The notes: generated by a model not told the origin, from the letters alone. A DNA stretch of 64,000 nt from an uncultured Fluviicola sp. (GCA_965650365.1 CBFGOJ010000016.1:12710-76709), one strand, 5' to 3'; positions 54,902 to 64,000 are shown, counted from the first letter of the stretch. Program-made: numbers and translations.

Positions 54902-55780
54902 TCAATTTTCAATTTTCACCTGATTGATCTTAAAGCAATAGAGCATTTTCTGCGTCTGGACGTACAAACGATCACCCGAAACCTCCATTTTCAGTATTTT
55001 GGAATCAAGTACGGCATCTCCTGCGAAAAAAAATGCAACAAATTCCGCATTGAGATCTATTGTTTGAATGTTTTTGCCCTCGGCGATCAGGAAATAGTCC
55101 TGGATCGGGTAAATGGGCTTGTTGGGAATTAACGTGGCCACATCCATAAAATTTCCGAATTGATCGAACCAGGCAACCTGGTTGACTTCGTCAAATAAAT
55201 ACAGGCGGTTATCAATTTCTTGTATGTTGACAATGGATTTCATGTTCAGCAGCCCTTTTACATTCTGAATCAATTGTCCTTGTGAATTGCGCAGTGTAAT
55301 CAGTTCTATTTGTGAATTCGGTTCGTCGTAAATCCAAATGCGGTCTGTTTGAATGGAAGCGCTCATGCTTGCTGCCAAGCTGATGTTCAGATCGCTTAAA
55401 TAAATGCATTCTCCCTGCAAGGCCAAAGCATTGTCCAAAAAACAAATACTTTGCTGATCTTCGGAAAAAAGGGCAATTTTCAAAGGGTTTTGAGCATCTA
55501 TCTTTTGAATGTTCCCAAGCGACTTAATACTTTCCTGCAGCATGACCTGTCCTTTGGCATCCCGCTTTTGAATATTCTGATTTTGATAAATGATACTTTG
55601 ATGAATCGGGTCAATGTCCCAGATAGCCGTTGAGTCCAGGTCAATGTGCCAGAGTTCTTTCCATGTTTGCTGTGCACTTCCCAAAAGGGGAACTGCTGTC
55701 AGTAGAACCAAACCAAAAAGTCTAGACATATTGAAGGGTTTCGAACTCCGCGTCCTGCAAGATCTGTTCCACGATTTCAC
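54902..55780 (-). CDS. Hypothetical exported beta-propeller-like protein
   Basis: Signal-like segment, FLDNAL, DRIWIYD and FDQFGNF motifs. The true start is probably about 55729. Confidence 0.65.
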   Translation of the reverse strand: MKSWNRSCRTRSSKPFNMSRLFGLVLLTAVPLLGSAQQTWKELWHIDLDSTAIWDIDPIHQSIIYQNQNIQKRDAKGQVMLQESIKSLGNIQKIDAQNPLKIALFSEDQQSICFLDNALALQGECIYLSDLNISLAASMSASIQTDRIWIYDEPNSQIELITLRNSQGQLIQNVKGLLNMKSIVNIQEIDNRLYLFDEVNQVAWFDQFGNFMDVATLIPNKPIYPIQDYFLIAEGKNIQTIDLNAEFVAFFFAGDAVLDSKILKMEVSGDRLYVQTQKMLYCFKINQVKIEN

Positions 55781-57254
55781 GTGAGTTCATCAAGCGGGGA
55801 ACTTTGTGTTGTCCACCTAATTTACCTTTTTTTTGTAACCAGGCATCAAAACTTCCTGATTTTAAACTATGCAGCAGCGGTTTGCCCAGGGCCATATTTT
55901 TGGTGCGTTTGGCATCGTAATCCGAATTGATAGTGCGAAGTGATTCATCCAGCAGGAACATAAAGCGATTCAGATCATCCGGTTTCCGGTCGAATTCAAT
56001 GAGCCACTCATGCCTGGCTTGTGTTTTTCCATCCATATAGATCGGAGCAACCGTATATTCCCGGATAATTGCATTTGTTTTGGAAGAAGCTTCCGCAATG
56101 GCAAAATCGGCATTGTTTACAATGACTTCTTCTCCAACAGAATTAATGAAATGCTTCGTTCGTCCGGATAACTTAAACCGGTAAGGTGCCTTAGAGGTAA
56201 AACGAATGGTATCTCCTACAATATAGCGCCAAAGACCTGCGTTGGTTGAAATGACCAGTGCATATTCTTCACCTGTTTCTACCTCATCCAGTTTGTAAAT
56301 GACTTTGGAATCGGTGTCTTCAAAAGCATGCATGGGAATGAATTCGTAGAAAATGCCGTAATCGAGCATCAACAGCAATTCATCGGATCTGTCCACATCC
56401 TGGATCCCGAAAAATCCTTCCGAAGCATTGTAGGTTTCCACATAATGCATGTCGTCAAAAGGAATGAGTTCACGGAATGCTTGTCGGTAAGGTTCAAAGC
56501 TCACACCGCCGTGCATGAAAAGTTCGAGGTTCGGCCAGACCTCCCGCAAATTCGATTTCCCGCTAATCTCCAGTATTTTTCGCGCCAAAACCATTGTCCA
56601 GCTCGGAACACCGGCTATGATGTATACATCTTCTTCGATCGTACTTCGGGCCATGAGTTCAATTTTCTCCTCCCATTCGGTCATTAAGGCAATCTCTTTG
56701 GAAGGAGTTCTGCGAATTTCGGCCCACCAAGGCAAATTTTTAACAATAATAGCAGATAAATCTCCCTGGTACGCGTCTTCTGCAAGGGGAAGAACCTGCG
56801 CACTTCCGCCTATAATGAGGTGTTTTCCTTTATAAAGTTTCCTGTTGGGGAAATTCTCATAATACAAAGCAAGTAAGTCTTTTCCGCCTTTGTAATGACA
56901 GTCTTCCAGGGATTCCCGGCTCACTGGAATGAATTTGCTTCTGTCGGAAGTTGTTCCGGAGCTTTTTGCAAACCATTTGGTTTCCTGGGACCACAATAAA
57001 AACTGTTCTCCCTCCATCAAACGATCGATCCATGGTTTCATGGACTCATAATTGTTTAAAGGAACCAGTTCTTTAAAGTCGGAATAAGATCGGATTTGAT
57101 GAAAATGGTTTTGTCTGCCATAACTGGTAAGGTTTCCCTGTTCAATCAATTTTTCGAAGAGTTCATTTTGAACATCTTCCGGGTATTTTCGAAACAGCTC
57201 GATCTGATGCAAGCGCTTTTTAATTACCCATGCAAAAATTGAATTGAATGGCAT
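55722..57254 (-). CDS. GH3 auxin-responsive-promoter family acyl-adenylate/amido ligase
   Basis: FAKSSGTTSDRSKFIP, ETYNASEGFF, GLWRYIVGDT, GGQHKVPRL. Confidence 0.92.
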   Translation of the reverse strand: MPFNSIFAWVIKKRLHQIELFRKYPEDVQNELFEKLIEQGNLTSYGRQNHFHQIRSYSDFKELVPLNNYESMKPWIDRLMEGEQFLLWSQETKWFAKSSGTTSDRSKFIPVSRESLEDCHYKGGKDLLALYYENFPNRKLYKGKHLIIGGSAQVLPLAEDAYQGDLSAIIVKNLPWWAEIRRTPSKEIALMTEWEEKIELMARSTIEEDVYIIAGVPSWTMVLARKILEISGKSNLREVWPNLELFMHGGVSFEPYRQAFRELIPFDDMHYVETYNASEGFFGIQDVDRSDELLLMLDYGIFYEFIPMHAFEDTDSKVIYKLDEVETGEEYALVISTNAGLWRYIVGDTIRFTSKAPYRFKLSGRTKHFINSVGEEVIVNNADFAIAEASSKTNAIIREYTVAPIYMDGKTQARHEWLIEFDRKPDDLNRFMFLLDESLRTINSDYDAKRTKNMALGKPLLHSLKSGSFDAWLQKKGKLGGQHKVPRLMNSREIVEQILQDAEFETLQYV

Positions 57255-57276
57255 ATGCTGATATTCAGTGAAATAG

Positions 57277-57297
57277 AAAAGTCCGCCGCGGCGGACT
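57277..57297 (-). terminator. Terminator-like perfect palindrome after the His-rich small ORF
   Basis: AGTCCGCCGCGGCGGACT is an 18-bp perfect palindrome followed by TTT on the minus strand. Confidence 0.65.
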
Positions 57298-57304
57298 CCT
57301 TATA

Positions 57305-57445
57305 CTAAGCGAATGCGTATATAGATCCGATAATTGCTAATAGGATCACAGTATACACAAACCCAATTCCTACTGTTGAACTTTCAAAGAAAGTATCATT
57401 CTTATCGTGGTGATCCGAATGATGATCTGAATGATGATCTGACAT
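57305..57445 (-). CDS. 46-aa His-rich single-pass membrane peptide (not in ORF track)
   Basis: MSDHHSDHHSDHHDKNDTFFESSTVGIGFVYTVILLAIIGSIYAFA*. TAAATTTG box at 57462-57469 and a terminator downstream. Confidence 0.75.
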   Translation of the reverse strand: MSDHHSDHHSDHHDKNDTFFESSTVGIGFVYTVILLAIIGSIYAFA

Positions 57446-57496
57446 AACTTCTAATTTTTTCCAAATTTAAGATTTTGTTTGAAAAACCGAAAGAAA

Positions 57497-58207
57497 TTAA
57501 TCATTGTTTGAGCCAATTAATCTCATCAGGTAATAGATCATGGTTACGATTGCTCCAAGAGCTGCAACAACATAGGTTGAAGCTGCCAGGTTCAGAGCTT
57601 TCTTGGAACGTTCATACTCGGCTCTCGTTGCTGTTCCTGATTGTTCAATCCAGGCCAGGGCTCTTTTGGATGCATCGAATTCTACCGGAAGTGTTACCAG
57701 GCTGAATAATGCAATCACACCATAAGCGCTCACAATTGCCCAAAGTACCCATTTGATCGGGAAAGATTCGAAAAGAACGGCGCCTCCAATAAATGTAAGC
57801 ATCATCAGGATGTTTAAAAACAAACCTGAAGCGTGCTGGAGGGGAACTAGTTTTGACCGCCACTGAAGTGGAGCGTATGCCTTAGCATGTTGAACGGCAT
57901 GTCCGCATTCGTGCGCAGCAATTGCTGCTGATGCCGCGTTTGTTCCATGATAAACTTCTTCTGAAAGGTTCACGGTTTTTTCCGCCGGATTGTAATGATC
58001 GGTTAATTGTCCCGGAATGCAGGTTACACGAACATCGTAAATGTTGTAATCACGAAGCATGCGTTCGGCAATTTCACGGCCGCTTAAACGACTTTGAGAG
58101 GGAATTTTGCTGAATTCCTGGAATTTGCTTTTTAAGCGCCAACTCACTATTAGTCCAATTCCAATAAAGACTAAACCTATGAGCATCGCAGGTCCGAATG
58201 GTATCAT
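57497..58207 (-). CDS. Putative neutral zinc metallopeptidase (Zn_peptidase_2/YugP-like)
   Basis: LTDHYNP, AAHECGHAVQHA (HExxH), TLPVEFDASKRA, AASTYV. Start likely ATG at 58207. Confidence 0.92.
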   Translation of the reverse strand: MIPFGPAMLIGLVFIGIGLIVSWRLKSKFQEFSKIPSQSRLSGREIAERMLRDYNIYDVRVTCIPGQLTDHYNPAEKTVNLSEEVYHGTNAASAAIAAHECGHAVQHAKAYAPLQWRSKLVPLQHASGLFLNILMMLTFIGGAVLFESFPIKWVLWAIVSAYGVIALFSLVTLPVEFDASKRALAWIEQSGTATRAEYERSKKALNLAASTYVVAALGAIVTMIYYLMRLIGSNND

Positions 58208-58378
58208 CGATTCTGTATTTTCCTCAAATTTAAGCAAGAAAAAACCTGCTATACTTGAATTTTAGCAGGTTTTAACTTAAAGAATGTTATGTAAATCAGT
58301 CTCGCCCTCCGAATAAACGAAGCAAAGAAAGAAACAGATTTATAAAGGTTCAAATAATTAGATGTTTGAACGCTTTTA

Positions 58379-60319
58379 CTAGGCTTCCTGAATGATCCAT
58401 TTTTTTGTGACAATGTTTCCCCATTCTTTCAGCAGGTCAATGTATTCCTGATTTTCAAGAGGAGTAACAAGTGTACGTTTGCTTAATTTTATTTCGTAAC
58501 TGACTTTAATGGTCTTCGGATTCGTTTGAATGATATCACATTTGACACTTCCAACACTGTTTTCTTTTGAAAGAGAGGTGATTTTATCTGCCAGTTTAAT
58601 CGTATCCTGAGCTTCAATATAGATAGCATACTTTTGCTGCTTGGAATAGGGGAGAATACTGTATGTCCCCGGACTTTCCTCAATCTCATCTTCAAAATAA
58701 ATGTAATTCGGGATGAGTTCTTTTGCGTGGAATGCATAAAGTTTCGTGTCAAATTCGGAGAACAGGTTTTCGAGTGTGTCGTCTTGTTTGATACTCAAAT
58801 TGTAAGGGTAAATATCCTTTACCTCCGTTGGTTTGATGATCGTATCCGAAACATTGAGTCTTTTGAAACCTTCTGCGTTTTTTGGATTCCGGAATGCGAT
58901 GGAATACAGTCCGCTAAAGGAATCGCGCCTGTTTAAGATTTGTTTTTGAGCACTTAGATCAGCTGTTTTGATAATGATATTGGCAACGTGCTTGTTATTG
59001 GTCCAGTCACTTTGCGGAATCATTGCTTTACTCAGGACTACTTCTTTGGCTTTTCCGGACAAGATAATTGCCTGGTTCCCTTCACACCAGGTTGGGATTT
59101 CGTCTACGTAGTAGAACGTGTTCTTTCCTTCCGGTCCAAATTGAAAATGTTCATTTCCGGGAGCAAGTTCAATCAGGAGAAAACGATATTCCAATTGGTG
59201 AAGACCCACGTATCCATGTTCAAAAACGCCGCTGGAAATATCATTGGTGAATCCAACATGATAGGTCACTTCGTTTTCTTCCAGGTAAAGTTGGATCATT
59301 CGGAAGTAGTTGGTATTATCGATCAGATGTTTGTAGAAGAAATCCGCGGGCTTTACAGAAGCAGGCATCTGTTTATCGTCATTCCAGCTCGTTTCTTTTT
59401 CAAAGTATTGCGTAATTCGATTGATGTTTTCCAGAACACTCAGGTCCGGCTTGGCTATTCCGGAAGCATACAATTCTTCAGAGAATGACTTAAAACCTGT
59501 TTTTACATGATACATATCGTAATCACCTGAATAGATCACATTGTAATCCAGTACTTCTCCGGGCATCCACAAATTGTAAACTACTTTTTGGGCACTTTCA
59601 GGATATGCGCGAAATACATTTTCAGCAATTTTGGGCACGTTTTTAATTTCCCATGAAAATACCGGCGATCCGCCTTCCTGCGTCAGTTTATAGTTCTTGA
59701 GTGATTTGGAAGGATAAACCGTTAAGTCGAATTGGCTGAAATTGCGCAGAGCAAGCTTGGAATTTAAAGAAATTAAATCACTTTCCAGGTAACGGCAATC
59801 AGACAGATCGTAAGATTTATAATCCACCTGGTAGACCACATCAATGATGTCGTTTACCTGCAGGGTTGGGAAGATGAATTGGATTCGCTTGATATAAGTA
59901 GACCGGTATTTGGACTTTGAATCCAGTGCCGTTTCTTTGATGTTTTCAGGTCCCAGCTCAATGATTGATCCATCGGGTTTAATAATCCGTGCTTTCATCA
60001 ATTTGATCATTCCACCGTTGAATTGATAAAGGTCATGATTGATAAAACTTTCCACTCCTTTTTTAGATAGAATTTTAATGCGCTTGAAATTGACGTAGCT
60101 CATTTCGTAGCCCGGCATGAAATCTATTGTCAACCTGTTCTCAAAGTAAATGGCATCTTCCGTTTTTAAGGAATCGGGAATAACCGGGTTTGAAAATTCA
60201 GGCCAGTTGTATTTGTCTCCGGCGTGGCTAAGATTCGTGAATAGTGTTCCCAGAAGAATGGTTAAAACGAATGGTTTCATGGTTGATAAGTTGCGGGTTT
60301 TAAAATATAGGTTTTCCAA
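58379..60319 (-). CDS. DUF3857 domain protein (transglutaminase-like fold, no obvious catalytic Cys)
   Basis: RIKILSKKG, IKARIIKPDG-like motif, FPTLQVNDIIDVVY. The true start is probably about 60280. Confidence 0.7.
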   Translation of the reverse strand: MENLYFKTRNLSTMKPFVLTILLGTLFTNLSHAGDKYNWPEFSNPVIPDSLKTEDAIYFENRLTIDFMPGYEMSYVNFKRIKILSKKGVESFINHDLYQFNGGMIKLMKARIIKPDGSIIELGPENIKETALDSKSKYRSTYIKRIQFIFPTLQVNDIIDVVYQVDYKSYDLSDCRYLESDLISLNSKLALRNFSQFDLTVYPSKSLKNYKLTQEGGSPVFSWEIKNVPKIAENVFRAYPESAQKVVYNLWMPGEVLDYNVIYSGDYDMYHVKTGFKSFSEELYASGIAKPDLSVLENINRITQYFEKETSWNDDKQMPASVKPADFFYKHLIDNTNYFRMIQLYLEENEVTYHVGFTNDISSGVFEHGYVGLHQLEYRFLLIELAPGNEHFQFGPEGKNTFYYVDEIPTWCEGNQAIILSGKAKEVVLSKAMIPQSDWTNNKHVANIIIKTADLSAQKQILNRRDSFSGLYSIAFRNPKNAEGFKRLNVSDTIIKPTEVKDIYPYNLSIKQDDTLENLFSEFDTKLYAFHAKELIPNYIYFEDEIEESPGTYSILPYSKQQKYAIYIEAQDTIKLADKITSLSKENSVGSVKCDIIQTNPKTIKVSYEIKLSKRTLVTPLENQEYIDLLKEWGNIVTKKWIIQEA

Positions 60320-61944
60320 TAATTGATCAATACACCTTTGCTTCCGGAATTTTCCTTCGTCAGGTGCATGTTAAATCTGCTTTGGGTATTCAAGGTCTCA
60401 AAATCAATGTTCTTGCCGGTATCAAAACCTGATTTGAATTTTAAATGATTGAAAGAAAAGTTGAAATCTGCCGCAAAGCGCGCACTGTCGCCATTATAGA
60501 CCACCTGGATCAATTTATTGAGTTCGGGCAGACATTTCAAATCAATGTACTGCTGATCGTTTACAGCATTGAAGTAGGACTTGGGAAGATTGCAGGAAAC
60601 ATAAATCGATGTTTGGTGTTTGTCCGTAAACGAACTGTCAATCTGATGCGAATAGGGAATCAGGTAATTGACGACTTTTTTCATGCTTTCGGAATTGTCG
60701 TTGTAGTTGTAAAGATGCACAAAGATCAGGGCAAATTTTTCGCGGAAATTCATCTTTAAGCGATACGCCGGTTGATTCGATTCGTTCAGATAAAATTCAT
60801 AGTCGAAGGATACTTTGGGTTGAAACAACAAGGTTTCCGGAACATGCTGATACGGATTTTCTTTCTTTTGCAGCAAGAATGCCTCTGTTCCCAAAATTTG
60901 CATGCTCGGGTCTCCAAACAAACATTGTTTTTCCGTACCGTCGAGGTAGATGATCTTATTATCCCAAACCAACGAAACGATCATGTGATTTGCCATTGCA
61001 ATGGAAGGAAAATCATAAAGGTCTTTTTTGACAGATGTTTTCGAAACACTGAGATACGATTCGAAACCAAATGCCTGGTACATTTGATGCAGAAGCATGG
61101 CCATATCCTTACAATCACCGTATTTATTCTGGATGGTTAGATTTGCCTGTCGCGGAATCAGGGCATTTAATCCGTTCTCAATATCTAAGTAGACAATGTT
61201 TTCCTGCACATACTCATAACAAGCCTGGGCCAATTCGAGTGATTTTCCTTTTTTGGCAAGATCCCGGATGTTTTCAGGAAGGTACTCGAGATTCAGAGAA
61301 GGATGATCTTTTATTTTCTGAACGAACCAATCATTAAAATAAGCGTTGGGATCCAATCCTTTTGGATGAATCAGAAAGTAAAGACGTTCTTCATCTGTTT
61401 CAAAGTCCTGACTGGTGATCACAAAACGACCTGATTTTTTGGCTGTTCGATGTCTGAAGGAAGCCTCCAAATTTTCAGGGAGAGTGATTTCATAAGAGAA
61501 GTCATCGGCATCATTGATCCCGTCCTTGAAAATATCGGTCAAAAAAATGAGTTCCGTTGCCGTAGTTTGATAGTCGAATTTGAACAGGCAGTTTGCCGGA
61601 ACACTAAAGCTATAGGTTCGAATGCCATTGAAAACAGAGCCCCAGTTAATACTTGAAACCGTTAGGTTGGACTCGAATTTGATTTTTTGCGCTTTGCCGT
61701 TAATGGTAAAAGTACCTTGTTTGGAGACCAGTTTCTCCGTTTCACTGATGGAAAAATAAAAAGTTTGAGGAGTACTTGTTTCATTGGACCCTTCAAAATA
61801 ATTGGTGCTTTGATAAGACCCGATCGAATGAACGGAAATAACGGTTTTTTCCAAAGAAAATTTCAGTTCTTCAGCTCCAAAAACCACCGTTCCGGTAAAA
61901 AAAGATACCAGAATCAGTATTAAATGAGTAGTGTTTTTGATCAT
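60277..61944 (-). CDS. Transglutaminase-like domain protein
   Basis: YEYVQENIVY...NKYGDCKDMA (Cys), ANHMIV (His), YLDGT (Asp). Confidence 0.85.
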   Translation of the reverse strand: MIKNTTHLILILVSFFTGTVVFGAEELKFSLEKTVISVHSIGSYQSTNYFEGSNETSTPQTFYFSISETEKLVSKQGTFTINGKAQKIKFESNLTVSSINWGSVFNGIRTYSFSVPANCLFKFDYQTTATELIFLTDIFKDGINDADDFSYEITLPENLEASFRHRTAKKSGRFVITSQDFETDEERLYFLIHPKGLDPNAYFNDWFVQKIKDHPSLNLEYLPENIRDLAKKGKSLELAQACYEYVQENIVYLDIENGLNALIPRQANLTIQNKYGDCKDMAMLLHQMYQAFGFESYLSVSKTSVKKDLYDFPSIAMANHMIVSLVWDNKIIYLDGTEKQCLFGDPSMQILGTEAFLLQKKENPYQHVPETLLFQPKVSFDYEFYLNESNQPAYRLKMNFREKFALIFVHLYNYNDNSESMKKVVNYLIPYSHQIDSSFTDKHQTSIYVSCNLPKSYFNAVNDQQYIDLKCLPELNKLIQVVYNGDSARFAADFNFSFNHLKFKSGFDTGKNIDFETLNTQSRFNMHLTKENSGSKGVLINYWKTYILKPATYQP

Positions 61945-61977
61945 GATAGTTTAGGTGTTAGGCATTATCTGCCTGAT

Positions 61978-62568
61978 CTAATGTAATTTTGCCTGCACTA
62001 AGTTAATAAACTCTTTCCGGGTAGAATCGTTGCTCAGGAATAATCCGGTAAATGCGCTGGAAGTAGTCACTGAATTTTGTTTCTGAACACCGCGCATCTG
62101 CATGCACATGTGCTGACATTCCAATACTACTGCAACTCCTTTTGGTTTCAGCGTTTCCTGGATACAATCACGGATTTCAATAGTCAAACGTTCCTGAACC
62201 TGCAATCTGCGGCTAAATGCGTCAACCACACGCGGAATTTTACTCAATCCCACAATCGTTCCGTTCGGGATATAAGCAATGTGTGCTTTTCCGAAGAATG
62301 GCAGCATGTGGTGCTCGCACATGGAATATACTTCAATACTTTTTACGATGACCATTTCCGAATATTCTTCGTGGAACAAAGCACTTTTCAGGATGTCTTC
62401 CGGTTTGATGTCGTATCCCTGCGTTAGGAACTGCAATGCTTTTGCAACACGTTCGGGAGTTTTTAAAAGTCCTTCGCGTTCCGGATTTTCCCCGATTTGT
62501 GAAAGAATGGATTTGTAAATGTTGGAAATGTTTTCTGTCGTGTCGTCGTTGTAATGAAAATCGCTCAT
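61978..62568 (-). CDS. folE: GTP cyclohydrolase I
   Basis: [50 protein letters not shown]. Start moved to ATG at 62568. Confidence 0.97.
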   Translation of the reverse strand: MSDFHYNDDTTENISNIYKSILSQIGENPEREGLLKTPERVAKALQFLTQGYDIKPEDILKSALFHEEYSEMVIVKSIEVYSMCEHHMLPFFGKAHIAYIPNGTIVGLSKIPRVVDAFSRRLQVQERLTIEIRDCIQETLKPKGVAVVLECQHMCMQMRGVQKQNSVTTSSAFTGLFLSNDSTRKEFINLVQAKLH

Positions 62569-62581
62569 GCTTAAATTTGTT

Positions 62582-62629
62582 ATGTTCAAATGTTCAAATG
62601 TTCAAATGTTCAAATGTTCAAATGTTCAA
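62582..62629 (+). repeat. 8-bp tandem repeat (ATGTTCAA)x6
   Basis: Six perfect units, followed by four dispersed inverted TTGAAC words in 62631-62676. Confidence 0.95.
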
Positions 62630-62680
62630 ATTGAACCCTTTAAACTTTTTGAACCTCATTGAACTTGTCTTTGAACTTAT

Positions 62681-63112
62681 TTAAAACGGTTCTTTCCCGC
62701 CAAAGTATTCTACATAATTATTTTCGGTCTCCACCAGTTTGATCTTGCAGAGCTGTCCACCTAACTCGCGGATTGGTGAGTCAATAATCTTCCAGATTTC
62801 GATAGCCAGGTTTTCCGTAGAAGCCAATTTTCCTTTTAGGAAAGGGACATCAAGGTTTAAATTTTTGTGATCGAGTTGTTCGATGACCAATTCTTTGATG
62901 ATCACACTAAGATCTTTCAAATTGATCACGAAACCGGTTTCCGGATTTGGTTCTCCTTTCACGGTTACAAACAATTCAAAGTTGTGTCCGTGCCAGTTTT
63001 TATTGCTGCACTTACCAAAAACTTCTTCGTTTTTTTCATCAGACCATTCCTCGCGCCATAATTTATGGGCTGCATTGAAATGTTCTCTTCGGGTAATGTA
63101 TACTGTTTCCAA
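62681..63112 (-). CDS. 6-pyruvoyl-tetrahydropterin synthase / QueD-family protein
   Basis: FNAAHKL, KCSNKNWHGHN, LDHKNLN, STENLA, ETENN. Confidence 0.93.
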   Translation of the reverse strand: METVYITRREHFNAAHKLWREEWSDEKNEEVFGKCSNKNWHGHNFELFVTVKGEPNPETGFVINLKDLSVIIKELVIEQLDHKNLNLDVPFLKGKLASTENLAIEIWKIIDSPIRELGGQLCKIKLVETENNYVEYFGGKEPF

Positions 63113-63284
63113 GTCTTGAAAAATTGCGTGTAAAGTTACTAATTTTTACTGATAAAGCGGTTTTCCGAATTAGAAGCTTGTTAAAAAAAGCCGGTTTTGG
63201 TGCGAGTGGATTCTGCCTGGTCTTGTATTAAATACCTCATTTGATATATTGCCTGTTGACCAGGTCTTGTTCAACTTTGCAGAG

Positions 63285-64000
63285 ATGATTAAAAAACGAA
63301 TGCTTATCGCTTTTCTTGTTTTTCCATGTTTTTATGGAAGTACACAAATCAGGTTGCTGATCGGGGTTGTTGGCGGGCGCTACAATTACCTGGAAAGTCA
63401 GCAGGCAAATATGGCCGCAAAATTCAACCTGGGGTATGATTATTCATTTGATCCAACTTCCAATACGCCTGATTTTTCCGGTTCAACAGATGTTTACGAG
63501 ATCAACAAAGAACTTCGTTGGGACCAGCTTAACAGGGGGCTTGTTCTCGGTTTGGAATTCGAATCATCCGAAACCATGAAGCACAGTTTATACTTCGAAG
63601 GAAGGACTAACGGGGCGTCCGGCAAACGGACCAATATCACCAGGAATATCGAAGAGACATTTGCTCTCAAATCAAAATTTGGGGGAATTCACTACAATTT
63701 CACTTACTCTCCCTGGAAACGGGTCGGCTTTTTCTATGATCTCGGATTTACCCGTTACCGCATTCGGTTCAGCGCAAGTTCGCCGGGAAGCCCCGAATTC
63801 AAAAATGAAACGATGGGGTACAAGTTAAAATTAAGTTCGAGCACTTACAAGCCCGGATCTAAAGAACTCAATATTGTCAATGGATTTGGAATCGATTTTT
63901 CAGTAGTTCAACTGGATAAGCTCCAGGTATCTCTGCGTCCTGAAATTGGCTTTGCCTTTAATCGAATGTCTGCAGTAGGGCTGGGCGTACTCTATTCCAA
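63285..64000 (+). CDS. Hypothetical exported/outer-membrane protein (runs off the window end; not in ORF track)
   Basis: Open frame MIKKRMLIAFLVFPCFYGSTQIRLLIGVVGG... to the window end, alternating beta-strand pattern, CAACTTTG box 5 nt upstream. Confidence 0.75.
   Translation, partial: MIKKRMLIAFLVFPCFYGSTQIRLLIGVVGGRYNYLESQQANMAAKFNLGYDYSFDPTSNTPDFSGSTDVYEINKELRWDQLNRGLVLGLEFESSETMKHSLYFEGRTNGASGKRTNITRNIEETFALKSKFGGIHYNFTYSPWKRVGFFYDLGFTRYRIRFSASSPGSPEFKNETMGYKLKLSSSTYKPGSKELNIVNGFGIDFSVVQLDKLQVSLRPEIGFAFNRMSAVGLGVLYS

Noticed and set aside
62436-62684. ORF with repeated CSNVQMFK
   Set aside because: Artefact of translating the 8-bp tandem repeat, antisense to folE.
221-63579. Numerous 60-190 aa ORFs nested in or antisense to long genes (e.g. 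6749..7318, 32235..32882, 43085..43594, 58988..59488)
   Set aside because: Shadow ORFs of well-supported genes, with no motifs or independent expression signals.

Overview
Chromosomal segment of a Bacteroidota bacterium, probably Flavobacteriales/Crocinitomicaceae (Fluviicola-like). The taxonomy is inferred from TAnnTTTG promoters, T9SS C-terminal domains, a split metH and the coaX-OMP-lptC locus. Most of the window is housekeeping and envelope genes (thiL, pepP, rnhA, split metH under a SAM-I riboswitch, lptC, coaX, sixA, dNK, folE, PTPS, LytS/LytTR, ECF sigma, T9SS cargo), plus tRNA-Gln(TTG), tRNA-Phe(GAA) and rnpB. Highlights: (1) an AT-rich, CCGG-free two-gene islet behind tRNA-Phe encoding a Doc-type Fic protein with a HicA-like C-terminal extension and a Zn-finger/HEPN (Rx4H) protein, a candidate defence or toxin module; (2) a REP-associated tyrosine transposase whose last codons are a 28-bp GTAG...CTAC hairpin, with three more covarying copies at gene 3' ends; (3) three small proteins missed by the ORF track (42-aa zinc ribbon, 32-aa membrane peptide, 46-aa (SDHH)3 membrane peptide); (4) at least seven genes with the -7 promoter box only 4-6 nt before the start codon, suggesting leaderless mRNAs; (5) candidate sRNAs, a 34-bp tandem repeat family, a TonB pseudogene and a glutaminase-like pseudo-enzyme. 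No CRISPR array, rRNA, integrase or prophage gene was seen. All family calls come from motif recognition by eye, not from database searches.
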